Shown one piece after another: positions 54,647-62,788 of a stretch of DNA of 64,000 bases. The DNA is taken from contig DAOTYF010000020.1 in assembly GCA_034434995.1 (NCBI GenBank), positions 2,486-66,485 on the forward strand, written 5' to 3'. Source of the DNA: Anaerolineae bacterium (lineage in GTDB: Bacteria > Chloroflexota > Anaerolineae > Aggregatilineales > UBA3940). The notes below the pieces were generated by a model that was not told the DNA's origin, made no database searches, and worked only from the letters and a program-made list of their open reading frames with translations. The position numbers and the translations under genes were made by a program. The first letter of the stretch is position 1; each line of letters starts with the position of its first letter.

Positions 54647-54871
54647 CCACGTCTCATTGCGGCGCATGAGGCTATCGGCTATTGAGCGAGTGCAGCGAGC
54701 TAGTCTGCAAGCCGTGCTACAACGAAAAGGAGGTGACGGTAGCTGAAGTACAACAGATGATTCTGGTAGCTCTTCAGGTCAAGGGCCACAATGGTGTTGG
54801 CCATTTTGCCGTGCCTGGGCTCGTGGTCCCATAGAGATACCTGCAAGCGCGCAGGAGAGAGGAAAGATGAG

Positions 54872-55513
54872 ATGACGACTACCCCTCGTGAAGTCGAGTA
54901 TGGACTGCGCTGGAATCCCAACCCGCCGCTGACTGTTGCCAGCCTGGTGACCTTCGCCCTGGCGGCTGGCGTGTATACAGTCCTGTCGTGGTTGGGCGTG
55001 ATAGCGCTGCCGATGGGGATCGTGAGCGTGTCTGCGCTCTTTGTCGCCATCGGTTTTGGCATTCCCTTCGCTATGTGGTTCGGCGGATGGGGATTGGTGA
55101 TCGGCTACATTGGCTCATTCATCGGCGCGGGCCTGCTGGCTGGCGTTCCACTGTTGATCGATATTCCCTTCGCATTCGTCGACTGGATCCAGTTTGGCAT
55201 CCCACTGCTGGCCTACCGTCTGCTTGCCCAGCGCTTTGGTCTGCATCCGTTGGGCAGGGATGTGTACACAGTCAAGGGGTTCTTGTTTTTCCTAGTCTTT
55301 GGTGTGGTGCTGCCCAATGGCCTTGGTGCGCTTTATGGGATCAGCATTTTGCGGGCTGGTGGGCTGGTCCCACCAGACGCCTTTGGTCCGGCTGTGGTCG
55401 GTTGGTGGGTCGGCAACATGATCGTCAGCGCGGTCATCGCGCCCATTCTGCTGAGCACCGTGACCCCCATCATCGAGCGTTTCGGCCTGGCCACGCACGG
55501 CATTATCACATAG
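54872..55513 (+). CDS. Integral membrane protein, possible ECF substrate-capture (S) component
   Basis: I prefer the ATG at 54872, which follows GGAGAGAGGAAAG. It has about six hydrophobic helices and a Gly-rich helix (FGGWGLVIGYIGSFIGAG). I recognise no family; the assignment rests on position after ecfT and ecfA. Confidence 0.45.
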   Translation: MTTTPREVEYGLRWNPNPPLTVASLVTFALAAGVYTVLSWLGVIALPMGIVSVSALFVAIGFGIPFAMWFGGWGLVIGYIGSFIGAGLLAGVPLLIDIPFAFVDWIQFGIPLLAYRLLAQRFGLHPLGRDVYTVKGFLFFLVFGVVLPNGLGALYGISILRAGGLVPPDAFGPAVVGWWVGNMIVSAVIAPILLSTVTPIIERFGLATHGIIT

Positions 55514-55713
55514 CTGACAACCTGCGTCGAGGCTGGGCATTCGTGCGTAGGGACACGGCGCTGGCCGTGTCCCTACAATCGGAATTCGGATGATTGTCAG
55601 AAGCTCATGCATCAAGCGCCCACAGACGGATGGTCAGCGATGCACCTGCCCCTTGCCGCCGATCCACAAGCGACCTGATCCCTTTTGATCCTCGACCCAA
55701 GAGAGACTCAAGC

Positions 55714-56937
55714 ATGGATACTCAAACCATCGACCGCTACAAGCAAGCCGACCGGCAGTACGTGTGCGCCACCAGTCCTAGTGTCAAAGACATTGTCGTA
55801 GCCGAGTCGCACGGCAGCACTATCTGCGCAGCGGACGGGCGCGAGTTCCTCGACCTGATCGCGGGTATCGCTGTGTGTAACGTAGGACACTGCAACCCTG
55901 AGGTCGCGGCGGCTATTAAGGAGCAGGCAGATAAAGCCCTGCATACCATGGTCTACGGCAAGTTCGTTGTTCCATCTCAGGTGGAGGTGGCGGAGCTGCT
56001 AGCTGAGATCACGCCCGGTGACCTGCAGACAACCTTCTTCACCAACAGCGGGGCGGAGGCTATCGAGGGGGCGCTCAAGTTAGCACGCAAGTACACGGGG
56101 CGGACCCGCTTCATCACCATGGAGCGTGGCTTTCATGGTAGGACCTTCGGCGCGCTGTCAGTCACCTGGCGCGAGGTGTACCGCAAGCCCTTTGAGCCAC
56201 TCCTCCCCGACGTGCAGTTCATCCCTTTTAATGACCTGGATGCCGCCCGCCAGGCGATCACAGAGGAGGTGGCTGCCGTGATCGTGGAGCCGATCCAGGG
56301 TGAAGGCGGGGTGCGAATTCCTGATGACGATTACCTGCCAGGCCTACGCGATCTGTGTGACCGGGCTGGAGCGCTGCTGATCGCTGACGAGATCCAGACC
56401 GGCTTCGGGCGCACTGGGAAATGGTTTGGCTGCGACCTATGGAACGTCACGCCTGACGTGATGTGCATGGCGAAGGCAATGGGTGGGGGATTGCCTCTCG
56501 GCGGCTTCATCAGCCGCCCGGCGATCATGGCGACCTTTAGCGACCCACCACTCTCGCACCTCACAACGTTCGGCGGAAATGCTGTGTCGTGTGCGGCGGC
56601 CCGCGCCGCGATCCAGTTTATGAAGCGGGAAAACCTCGTTGCCAAGGCCCAGGAACGCGGACAGCAGTTCATGGACGGACTGCGCGCCATCCAGGGACGG
56701 CACACGATTCTCAAGGATGTGCGAGGGCGTGGTTTGATGATCGGGCTGGAGTTCACCAGCCAGGCCGTGACCGAGCGCTTCGTTGGCGAGGCATACCAGC
56801 GCGGCGTGATCATGGGTTGGACCATCAATGCCGAGGCTGTTGTGCGGCTTGCGCCGCCTCTGGTCATCACGGAGAGCGAAATCGAGCGCGCGCTTGACAT
56901 TCTGGAAGCGTCAGTAGCTGAAGCCGAGACGGCTTGA
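55714..56937 (+). CDS. Class-III PLP aminotransferase (omega-amino acid/acetylornithine type)
   Basis: The start is MDTQTIDRY at 55714. FTNSGAEAIEGALKLARKYTGR, VIVEPIQGEGG, LLIADEIQTGFGRTGKWF and KAMGGGLP (PLP Lys) are present. Confidence 0.85.
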   Translation: MDTQTIDRYKQADRQYVCATSPSVKDIVVAESHGSTICAADGREFLDLIAGIAVCNVGHCNPEVAAAIKEQADKALHTMVYGKFVVPSQVEVAELLAEITPGDLQTTFFTNSGAEAIEGALKLARKYTGRTRFITMERGFHGRTFGALSVTWREVYRKPFEPLLPDVQFIPFNDLDAARQAITEEVAAVIVEPIQGEGGVRIPDDDYLPGLRDLCDRAGALLIADEIQTGFGRTGKWFGCDLWNVTPDVMCMAKAMGGGLPLGGFISRPAIMATFSDPPLSHLTTFGGNAVSCAAARAAIQFMKRENLVAKAQERGQQFMDGLRAIQGRHTILKDVRGRGLMIGLEFTSQAVTERFVGEAYQRGVIMGWTINAEAVVRLAPPLVITESEIERALDILEASVAEAETA

Positions 56938-58448
56938 TGTCGCCGGCCATTCTAGCCATGATAGATGACAGACAGGGACATCAGCGCAGTATGGATATCC
57001 TGATCAGAGATGCAACAGTTCTCGATCCCGCGCAGGATGGGCTGCTCGAGAATCAGTACATTGCCATTGTTGGCAACCGGATCGAGGGGGTCACTTCCGT
57101 CCCCATCGAGCCTGATGCCCACACGCGCGTGATCGAGGGCCGCGACCGCCTAGTGATACCGGGCCTGGTCAATGCCCATTCGCACTCGCCAGAGAACTTC
57201 TTTAAGGGACGTTCCGAAGGGCTGCCGTTGGAACTGTGGTTGTTCGACCTGTTCTGGGCGCCCTTCCAGCTCAGCGAGCGCGAGATCGTCCTGGCCTGCC
57301 AGCTTGGCGCCATTGAGATGATGAAAGCAGGGGCTACTGCCGTCGTTGATCATTTCTGGGTGAATGGCCCGATGACTGCCGAGGCACTTGATGCTGCCAT
57401 GAGTGCGTACCGCGACATCGGTATTCGGGCTGGGATCGCGCCTCTGGTCGAGGATGATCACCGAGTCAATCGGCTGTTGATGGAGCGCGAACCGGGACTC
57501 GCGCATGCCCCTTGGGGAACAATGCCACCCACCACGGCCAGAGAATATCTGGACGTGCTGGCTGCCTTCTTTGCCAAGTGGCATAATGTGGAAAATGGCC
57601 GCTTACGCTGTCTGGCTGGACCATCCGGCGCGCAGTGGTGCTCGTTGGAAGTGATGCGCGGCTCGATGGACATCGCCCAGCAATATGGCGGCGGGTTCCA
57701 CATGCACGTCAACGAGACCCGATTCCAGGCCCTCATCTGTAAGGAATTCTTCGGCAAGCCAACCGTCGCCTACCTGTGGGAAAATGGCCTGCTGCGAGAG
57801 AACACATCGCTGGCGCATTGCGTGTGGATCGAGCCGGACGATGTGGCTCGCATCGTTGATGCGGGCGCCACAGTGGTACATAACTCCGTCTGTAACTTGA
57901 AGCTGGGCAGTGGCTTCGCCCCGATCCTTGACCTAGTGGGAAGAGATGGCCACGTTGCGCTCGGCGCTGATGGTTCAGCCAGCAACGATAACCAGAATAT
58001 GTTCGATGTCATGAAAGTGGCTGGATTGATGCATACCGTTCGCACGGCAGAGCATGGCCGCTGGCTGCGCGCCCGCCAGATTCTCGGGATGGCGACCAGA
58101 GGGGGGGCACGGGTGCTTGGGTTGTCCGACTCGTTGGGCCGCATCGTGCCAGGCCAGCTTGCCGATCTGACCCTCCTCGATCTGACGACGGCAGCGTTTA
58201 CCCCCCTCAACGACCCGGCACAGCATCTAGTCTACGCCGAGAACGGGACCTCGGTGCGAACGGTGATCGTGAACGGGCGGATCGTTGTGGACGAGGGTCG
58301 AGTTGTCACGGTCGACGAGGACGCCGTGCTGGCAGAAGCGCGGGAGCGCTGGGGGTGGCGCAGGCGGGAAATCCCGCCAATCAGCGCGGAGGCGCGATTG
58401 TTCCTCGAAGCACAGGAGCGGCTGCGACAAGCATCTATGACTACCTGA
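56934..58448 (+). CDS. Amidohydrolase-superfamily deaminase-like enzyme, paralogue of 39489-40952
   Basis: IPGLVNAHSHSPENF, FHMHVNET and LGADGSASNDNQ are present. Candidate starts are the ATG at 56937, overlapping the upstream TGA, or the ATG at 56991 (MDILIRD). Confidence 0.8.
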   Translation: MMSPAILAMIDDRQGHQRSMDILIRDATVLDPAQDGLLENQYIAIVGNRIEGVTSVPIEPDAHTRVIEGRDRLVIPGLVNAHSHSPENFFKGRSEGLPLELWLFDLFWAPFQLSEREIVLACQLGAIEMMKAGATAVVDHFWVNGPMTAEALDAAMSAYRDIGIRAGIAPLVEDDHRVNRLLMEREPGLAHAPWGTMPPTTAREYLDVLAAFFAKWHNVENGRLRCLAGPSGAQWCSLEVMRGSMDIAQQYGGGFHMHVNETRFQALICKEFFGKPTVAYLWENGLLRENTSLAHCVWIEPDDVARIVDAGATVVHNSVCNLKLGSGFAPILDLVGRDGHVALGADGSASNDNQNMFDVMKVAGLMHTVRTAEHGRWLRARQILGMATRGGARVLGLSDSLGRIVPGQLADLTLLDLTTAAFTPLNDPAQHLVYAENGTSVRTVIVNGRIVVDEGRVVTVDEDAVLAEARERWGWRRREIPPISAEARLFLEAQERLRQASMTT

Positions 58449-58482
58449 GAATCTGCCCGGCGATTCGTCTGTTGAGGAGCGC

Positions 58483-59076
58483 TCAGGAACTCTTGTCGCG
58501 CAGGCGGATGCGCGGTTTGGCCGCTGCTTGCTTTCCAGGGCTGGCGGGCGGCCTCGAATCAGCCGCCGTGGGCTGGGTGAGCTTCACCCGGGCCTTCTTC
58601 CGCCTGGCAGGGGTTCTCCCTGTTGTCCGCCTGTCCACCCGGCGCACCACGCCCGGCACGATCAGCAGCAGGGCCAGCCCCGCTAGCAGTCCGCCGAACA
58701 GCGGCCAGCTTATGGCCCCGGTCGTTTCGGGGATCAATCCACCGGGGTTGTAACCGGTCTCCACAATGTTGGAAGCGCCACTCGCCACCCTGCCAGGGGC
58801 GGTAAGCTGCACTTCGATGCCACGTTCGATGCCATCCCGCAGCGTGTTGGGAGTCAGGTGTGATGGTCCGTGTTGAACGTGATCGGCAGCAAGCCGCGCC
58901 TCGATCAGCACGTTTTGCACACAACCTTGTCCCAATCTGGCAGAGAGGGGCGGCAAGAGGCTGAGAAAGATCGTAGCGGATGGGAAATGGGAAGAAGGAG
59001 AAAAGCGGAGTGCTATGCTACATTCCTCCCCATCGGGATGCAGGCTGCTCCTATCTGAGCACCGCCTTGATCTCAA
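58483..59076 (-). CDS. Hypothetical protein with C-terminal TM segment and long basic tail
   Basis: The only long ORF in the 600-nt gap after the GH94 gene. It has a hydrophobic helix ([21 protein letters not shown]) followed by RRVDRR and a Lys/Arg/Pro-rich tail. The start is uncertain because the listed start overlaps the GH94 3' end. Confidence 0.3.
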   Translation of the reverse strand: MRSRRCSDRSSLHPDGEECSIALRFSPSSHFPSATIFLSLLPPLSARLGQGCVQNVLIEARLAADHVQHGPSHLTPNTLRDGIERGIEVQLTAPGRVASGASNIVETGYNPGGLIPETTGAISWPLFGGLLAGLALLLIVPGVVRRVDRRTTGRTPARRKKARVKLTQPTAADSRPPASPGKQAAAKPRIRLRDKSS

Positions 59077-61492
59077 TCTCCTGGTTCTGCGGGGGGAGGC
59101 AGACGACGGTGCCCTCGATGGGCTGCCCGTTGACAGTTAGGGAGATAGCGTTTCCTGGCCCATCTCTGACGACGACGATGCGGTAGGTCGCGCCTCGGAA
59201 GGTACGCCGAGCCGTGAAGCCAGCCCAGTTGCTGGGGATAGCTGGCGCGATCTCCAGTCCGTCGTAGGTGGGGCGGATACCCAGGATCCACTGGGTGATG
59301 GCAACATAATTCCAGGCCGCCGTTCCAGTCAGCCAGGAGTTCTTGGCCTCACCGTGAGACGGAGCGTCACGTCCGGCGATCATCTGTGCGTAGACGTAAG
59401 GTTCGCAGCGATGGATCTCGCTGATCGATTCTCGCACCGAGGGATTAAGGCGCTGATAGTAATCAAACGCGCGATCGCCGCTCCCGGCTATCGTCTCAGC
59501 GATCATGATCCAGGGGTTGGTATGGCAAAAGATGCCGGCGTTTTCCTTGAAGCCGGGCGGATAAGACGATATCTCTCCCAGATGCAAGTAATAGCGCGAG
59601 TAGGCTGGCTGCTGCAAGATGATGCCATGCGGTGTTGCCAGCCGGTCGTGGACGGATCTCAGCGCCTGTGCTGCTCGTCCATCGTCCAGCCCTAACCCCG
59701 CCATCAGACACATCCCCTGTGGTTCGATGAAGATCTGGCCCTCCTCACACCGATGCGAGCCTATCGGTTCCCCAAAGGCATCGTAAGCACGCAGAAACCA
59801 CTCACCGTCCCAGCCATAACTGGCAACGGCCCTGGCCATCTCATTAGATGCTTCAAGAATCCACTCCCGGTCGGCGCTGTTCCCTCTATGAGTTGCGATC
59901 TGGGCCAATTCCTTTGCTGCCAGCACGAACAAACCCGCAATGAAGATGGACTCAGCTATCCCGCTCTCTCTGTTAGCAGCCGTCTGGAACGACTCGCCCG
60001 GCTCCTCGGAGAACGTGTTGAGGTTCAGACAATCATTCCAGTCGGCGCGGCCAATCAAAGGCAGGCCATGCGGCCCCAGTCGGGCCAGCGTGTAGCGGAG
60101 GCTGCGTCGCAGGTGTTCATACAACGGGGCTTCGGTGCCGGGACGGTTTTCGAACTGCACTGGCACATCGAGGATAGCCCAATCGCCGGTCTCCTTCAGA
60201 TACGCTGCGACGCTCAGGACCAGCCACAGCGGGTCGTCATTGAAGTTACTCCCGATGGCATCATTGCCTCGCTTCGTGAGCGGCTGGTATTGGTGGTATG
60301 CTCCGCCGTCCTCTATTTGGGTCGTGGCGATATCCAGAATGCGCTCACGAGCGCGCTCCGGCATCATGTGCACGCAACCCAGTAAATCCTGGTTAGAGTC
60401 GCGGAAGCCTATACCACGACTGACGCCGGCCTCGAACATCGATGCCGAGCGCGATAGGTTGAAGGTAACCATGCATTGGTAGGCATTCCAGATGTTGACC
60501 ATACGGTTGGTATGCTCATCAGGGGTTTCGACCTGGATGACATTCAGTAGTTCGCTCCAGCGGGCACGCAGCGCGTTGAAGGCTGCTTGGACATGATGAG
60601 GATCGAGGTAGCGCGAGATGATGGGCCTGACTGTCACCTTGTTGATCGTTTGTGAGTGGGGTGGATCGAACTTCTGGTCAGGCGGGTTCTGATGATAGCC
60701 TAGCAGGAAAATGATCGAATGGCTTTCGCCAGGTGGAAGAACCAGCCTCACATGGTGCGATCCAATGGGGAACCAGCCATGCGCAATGGAGTTGGACATC
60801 TGGTCACGCTCGACGGCTTGAGGGCGATCCCAGCCTGCGTAAGGTCCCAAAAATGCCTCGCGTTGCGTATCGAATCCGACCAGTGGCTCCGAGCAGGCGA
60901 AATAGGCAAAATGGTCACGCCGTTCGCGGTACTCGGTCTTGTGGTAGATGACGCCATCCTCGATCTCAACTTCGCCGGTGCTGAGATTGCGCTGGTAGTT
61001 GGTGGCGTCATCCCAGGCGTCCCACAGGGCGAACTCAATTGCCGAGAACACCGACAAGGACGCAGCAGTTTCACGCAGGTTCGTGATCGTGGTCTGCCAA
61101 ATCTCCAGATTCTCGCCAAGCGGGACAAAGTAACACGTCTGCGCAGCTATTCCCAGGTACGTCGAGCCGATAATCGTGTAACTCAAGCCATGGCGGCACA
61201 CATAGCTTTCAAGGTTGCAGCGGGTTGGCTGCCACGAGGGGGACCAGAATTCGCCACTCGCGGCGTCGCGCAGGTAGATATAGCGCCCGCCGACATCCAT
61301 CGGCACGTTGTTGTAGCGGTAGCGGGTCAACCGACGTAGGCGGGCGTCGCGATAGAACGAGTACCCGCCCGCTGTGTTGGAGATAATCCCAAAGAGGGCC
61401 TCCGTTCCAAGATAGTTCACCCAGGGCAAGGGGGTGTCAGGCCGGGTAATAATGTACTCCCTGTTGGTGTCATCGAATCTGCCGTAGCGCAT
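59051..61492 (-). CDS. Cellobiose phosphorylase (GH94)
   Basis: The full 813-aa length resembles Cellvibrio gilvus/Clostridium cellobiose phosphorylase as I recall it: [74 protein letters not shown] and [12 protein letters not shown]. Confidence 0.9.
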   Translation of the reverse strand: MRYGRFDDTNREYIITRPDTPLPWVNYLGTEALFGIISNTAGGYSFYRDARLRRLTRYRYNNVPMDVGGRYIYLRDAASGEFWSPSWQPTRCNLESYVCRHGLSYTIIGSTYLGIAAQTCYFVPLGENLEIWQTTITNLRETAASLSVFSAIEFALWDAWDDATNYQRNLSTGEVEIEDGVIYHKTEYRERRDHFAYFACSEPLVGFDTQREAFLGPYAGWDRPQAVERDQMSNSIAHGWFPIGSHHVRLVLPPGESHSIIFLLGYHQNPPDQKFDPPHSQTINKVTVRPIISRYLDPHHVQAAFNALRARWSELLNVIQVETPDEHTNRMVNIWNAYQCMVTFNLSRSASMFEAGVSRGIGFRDSNQDLLGCVHMMPERARERILDIATTQIEDGGAYHQYQPLTKRGNDAIGSNFNDDPLWLVLSVAAYLKETGDWAILDVPVQFENRPGTEAPLYEHLRRSLRYTLARLGPHGLPLIGRADWNDCLNLNTFSEEPGESFQTAANRESGIAESIFIAGLFVLAAKELAQIATHRGNSADREWILEASNEMARAVASYGWDGEWFLRAYDAFGEPIGSHRCEEGQIFIEPQGMCLMAGLGLDDGRAAQALRSVHDRLATPHGIILQQPAYSRYYLHLGEISSYPPGFKENAGIFCHTNPWIMIAETIAGSGDRAFDYYQRLNPSVRESISEIHRCEPYVYAQMIAGRDAPSHGEAKNSWLTGTAAWNYVAITQWILGIRPTYDGLEIAPAIPSNWAGFTARRTFRGATYRIVVVRDGPGNAISLTVNGQPIEGTVVCLPPQNQEIEIKAVLR

Positions 61493-61596
61493 GAGGCATC
61501 ACTTTCAATGCAGTAGGTAGAGCCTGGCGTAGACTCAAAAGCACCGCACGCCTCCTCGCCCTATGGGGACAAAAGGCGGTAAGGAGGTAAGGGTTA

Positions 61597-61610
61597 CGGG
61601 AGCGCTCCCA
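61597..61610. promoter_or_regulatory. CebR/CelR-type LacI-family operator box (13/14)
   Basis: CGGGAGCGCTCCCA versus the actinobacterial CebR/CelR consensus TGGGAGCGCTCCCA. It lies 105 nt upstream of the GH94 start codon. Confidence 0.55.
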
Positions 61611-61867
61611 AAAAGGCTCGAAGGTGGCCGCCTATCAGGGGATCAATCCCTCTGTGTGAGCAAATCGTCTGCTGAGCGAACGAACGAAACGTGGCAAGTT
61701 AGGCAAAGGGCTGGAAGAGCCAACGCCACAGGCCCAGCCTCCTCCGGGCGATGGAGTTATGCAGCTTCACGGGAAGTCTTTCCATAAAACGCTTAGATGG
61801 CCCCTCTTGCTGCTCTGAGAGCAGCGAGCAAGGTGATCGAGCAGATTGTAAGGTCAAAGCCATTGTC

Positions 61868-61881
61868 TGGGAGCGCTCCCA
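61868..61881. promoter_or_regulatory. CebR/CelR-type operator box (14/14)
   Basis: TGGGAGCGCTCCCA is a perfect 14-bp palindrome identical to the CebR/CelR consensus. It lies in the 591-nt divergent intergenic region. Confidence 0.6.
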
Positions 61882-62035
61882 TTTAGCCACATAATAAATG
61901 GAATCTCTGTGCAAGTCAAGGCCATCATTGTCCAAGTCAGCGCGTCTGATACAAGGTGCAGCGAGGCGGTCGCCTGCCCCAAAGGGGAAATGCGCCCATG
62001 CACCCTGCTTGTTTTTTGGTTGGTAACTTATTATC

Positions 62036-62788
62036 ATGGGTTTTGAGGGCTGCATCTGGGTTGGCAATGGCACTTCTTCCATGTCTGACGAGATCGTTTG
62101 CCTAGTCCCGATATCAGGGCAGGACCCGGAGTTCCAGGGTGAACAACTTCCGACCTTGGGAAACCGTGACCTATTAAGCTACACACTTAAAGCTGCCCTC
62201 GACGCGCAGCGCATCGACCGGGTGGTGGTCTCAACGGACAGTGAGCGGATCGCAGCCGCCTGCCGGAAGCAGGGGGCCGACGTGCCCTTCCTGCGGCCCG
62301 TATCACTGGCGACTCCAGCCACCTCGTTGGTGAGCGTTTTGTGCCATGCTCTGGAGTGGCTGGCAGAGCATGAAGATTATCGCCCTGATTGGGTGCTGTT
62401 GATGACGATCACGTATCCGTTCCGGCGTGCTGGGTTTATTGATGCCTTCCTTAGCAGCGTTTTGCAATCTCATGTGAACTCCGCGTTTACTGCGGTTATC
62501 GAGCGCAATGCTCATTGGTACTCGGACGAAGACGGGCGGCCTCGGCTGGTGTCATTCGGCAGTGACATAGCCCGCGCGCATAAGCCCCCTCTTTACAAGG
62601 AAATGAGCGGCTTGGCGCTGCTCACCCGACGGGAGATCGTGCTTTCTGGTACGTTGTACGGTGATGAACTGGGCATTGTTCCTGTCTCCGACGCCTGGGC
62701 CACGATTAACATCCATGACGAGATCGGCAAGCAACTTGCCCGGTTGCTTGCACCGCATTTTCAGTCTAGCGAGGACCTAATCCGTTGA
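62036..62788 (+). CDS. Cytidylyltransferase-like protein (CTP_transf_3/NeuA family) with a degenerate nucleotide-binding loop
   Basis: RDLLSYTLKAALDAQRIDRVVVSTDSERIAAACRKQGADVPFLRPVSLA aligns with NeuA-type enzymes. The N-terminal PARGGSKGxxxKN loop reads PISGQDPEFQGEQLPTLGN. The start may be the ATG at 62084 (MSDEIVCLVPI). Confidence 0.65.
   Translation: MGFEGCIWVGNGTSSMSDEIVCLVPISGQDPEFQGEQLPTLGNRDLLSYTLKAALDAQRIDRVVVSTDSERIAAACRKQGADVPFLRPVSLATPATSLVSVLCHALEWLAEHEDYRPDWVLLMTITYPFRRAGFIDAFLSSVLQSHVNSAFTAVIERNAHWYSDEDGRPRLVSFGSDIARAHKPPLYKEMSGLALLTRREIVLSGTLYGDELGIVPVSDAWATINIHDEIGKQLARLLAPHFQSSEDLIR

Noticed and set aside
53891-54667. 258-aa ORF antisense to the second half of the fused ECF ATPase.
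   Set aside because: The forward frame has complete Walker A, signature and Walker B motifs, and the antisense product has none.
58717-58734. LPXTG-like sorting signal (L-IPETTG followed by a hydrophobic helix and RRVDRR) in the hypothetical protein.
   Set aside because: The motif has an extra Thr relative to LPxTG. The protein has no evident N-terminal signal peptide, and a ~47-aa basic tail follows the helix, which is far longer than in sortase substrates. It is probably just a TM anchor.
61699-62082. 127-aa minus-strand ORF (and the 74-aa plus-strand ORF at 61563-61787) in the GH94/cytidylyltransferase intergenic region.
   Set aside because: The region has lower GC, there is no RBS and I recognise no family. 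The perfect CebR-type operator palindrome lies inside the larger ORF. The region is better explained as a divergent regulatory region.
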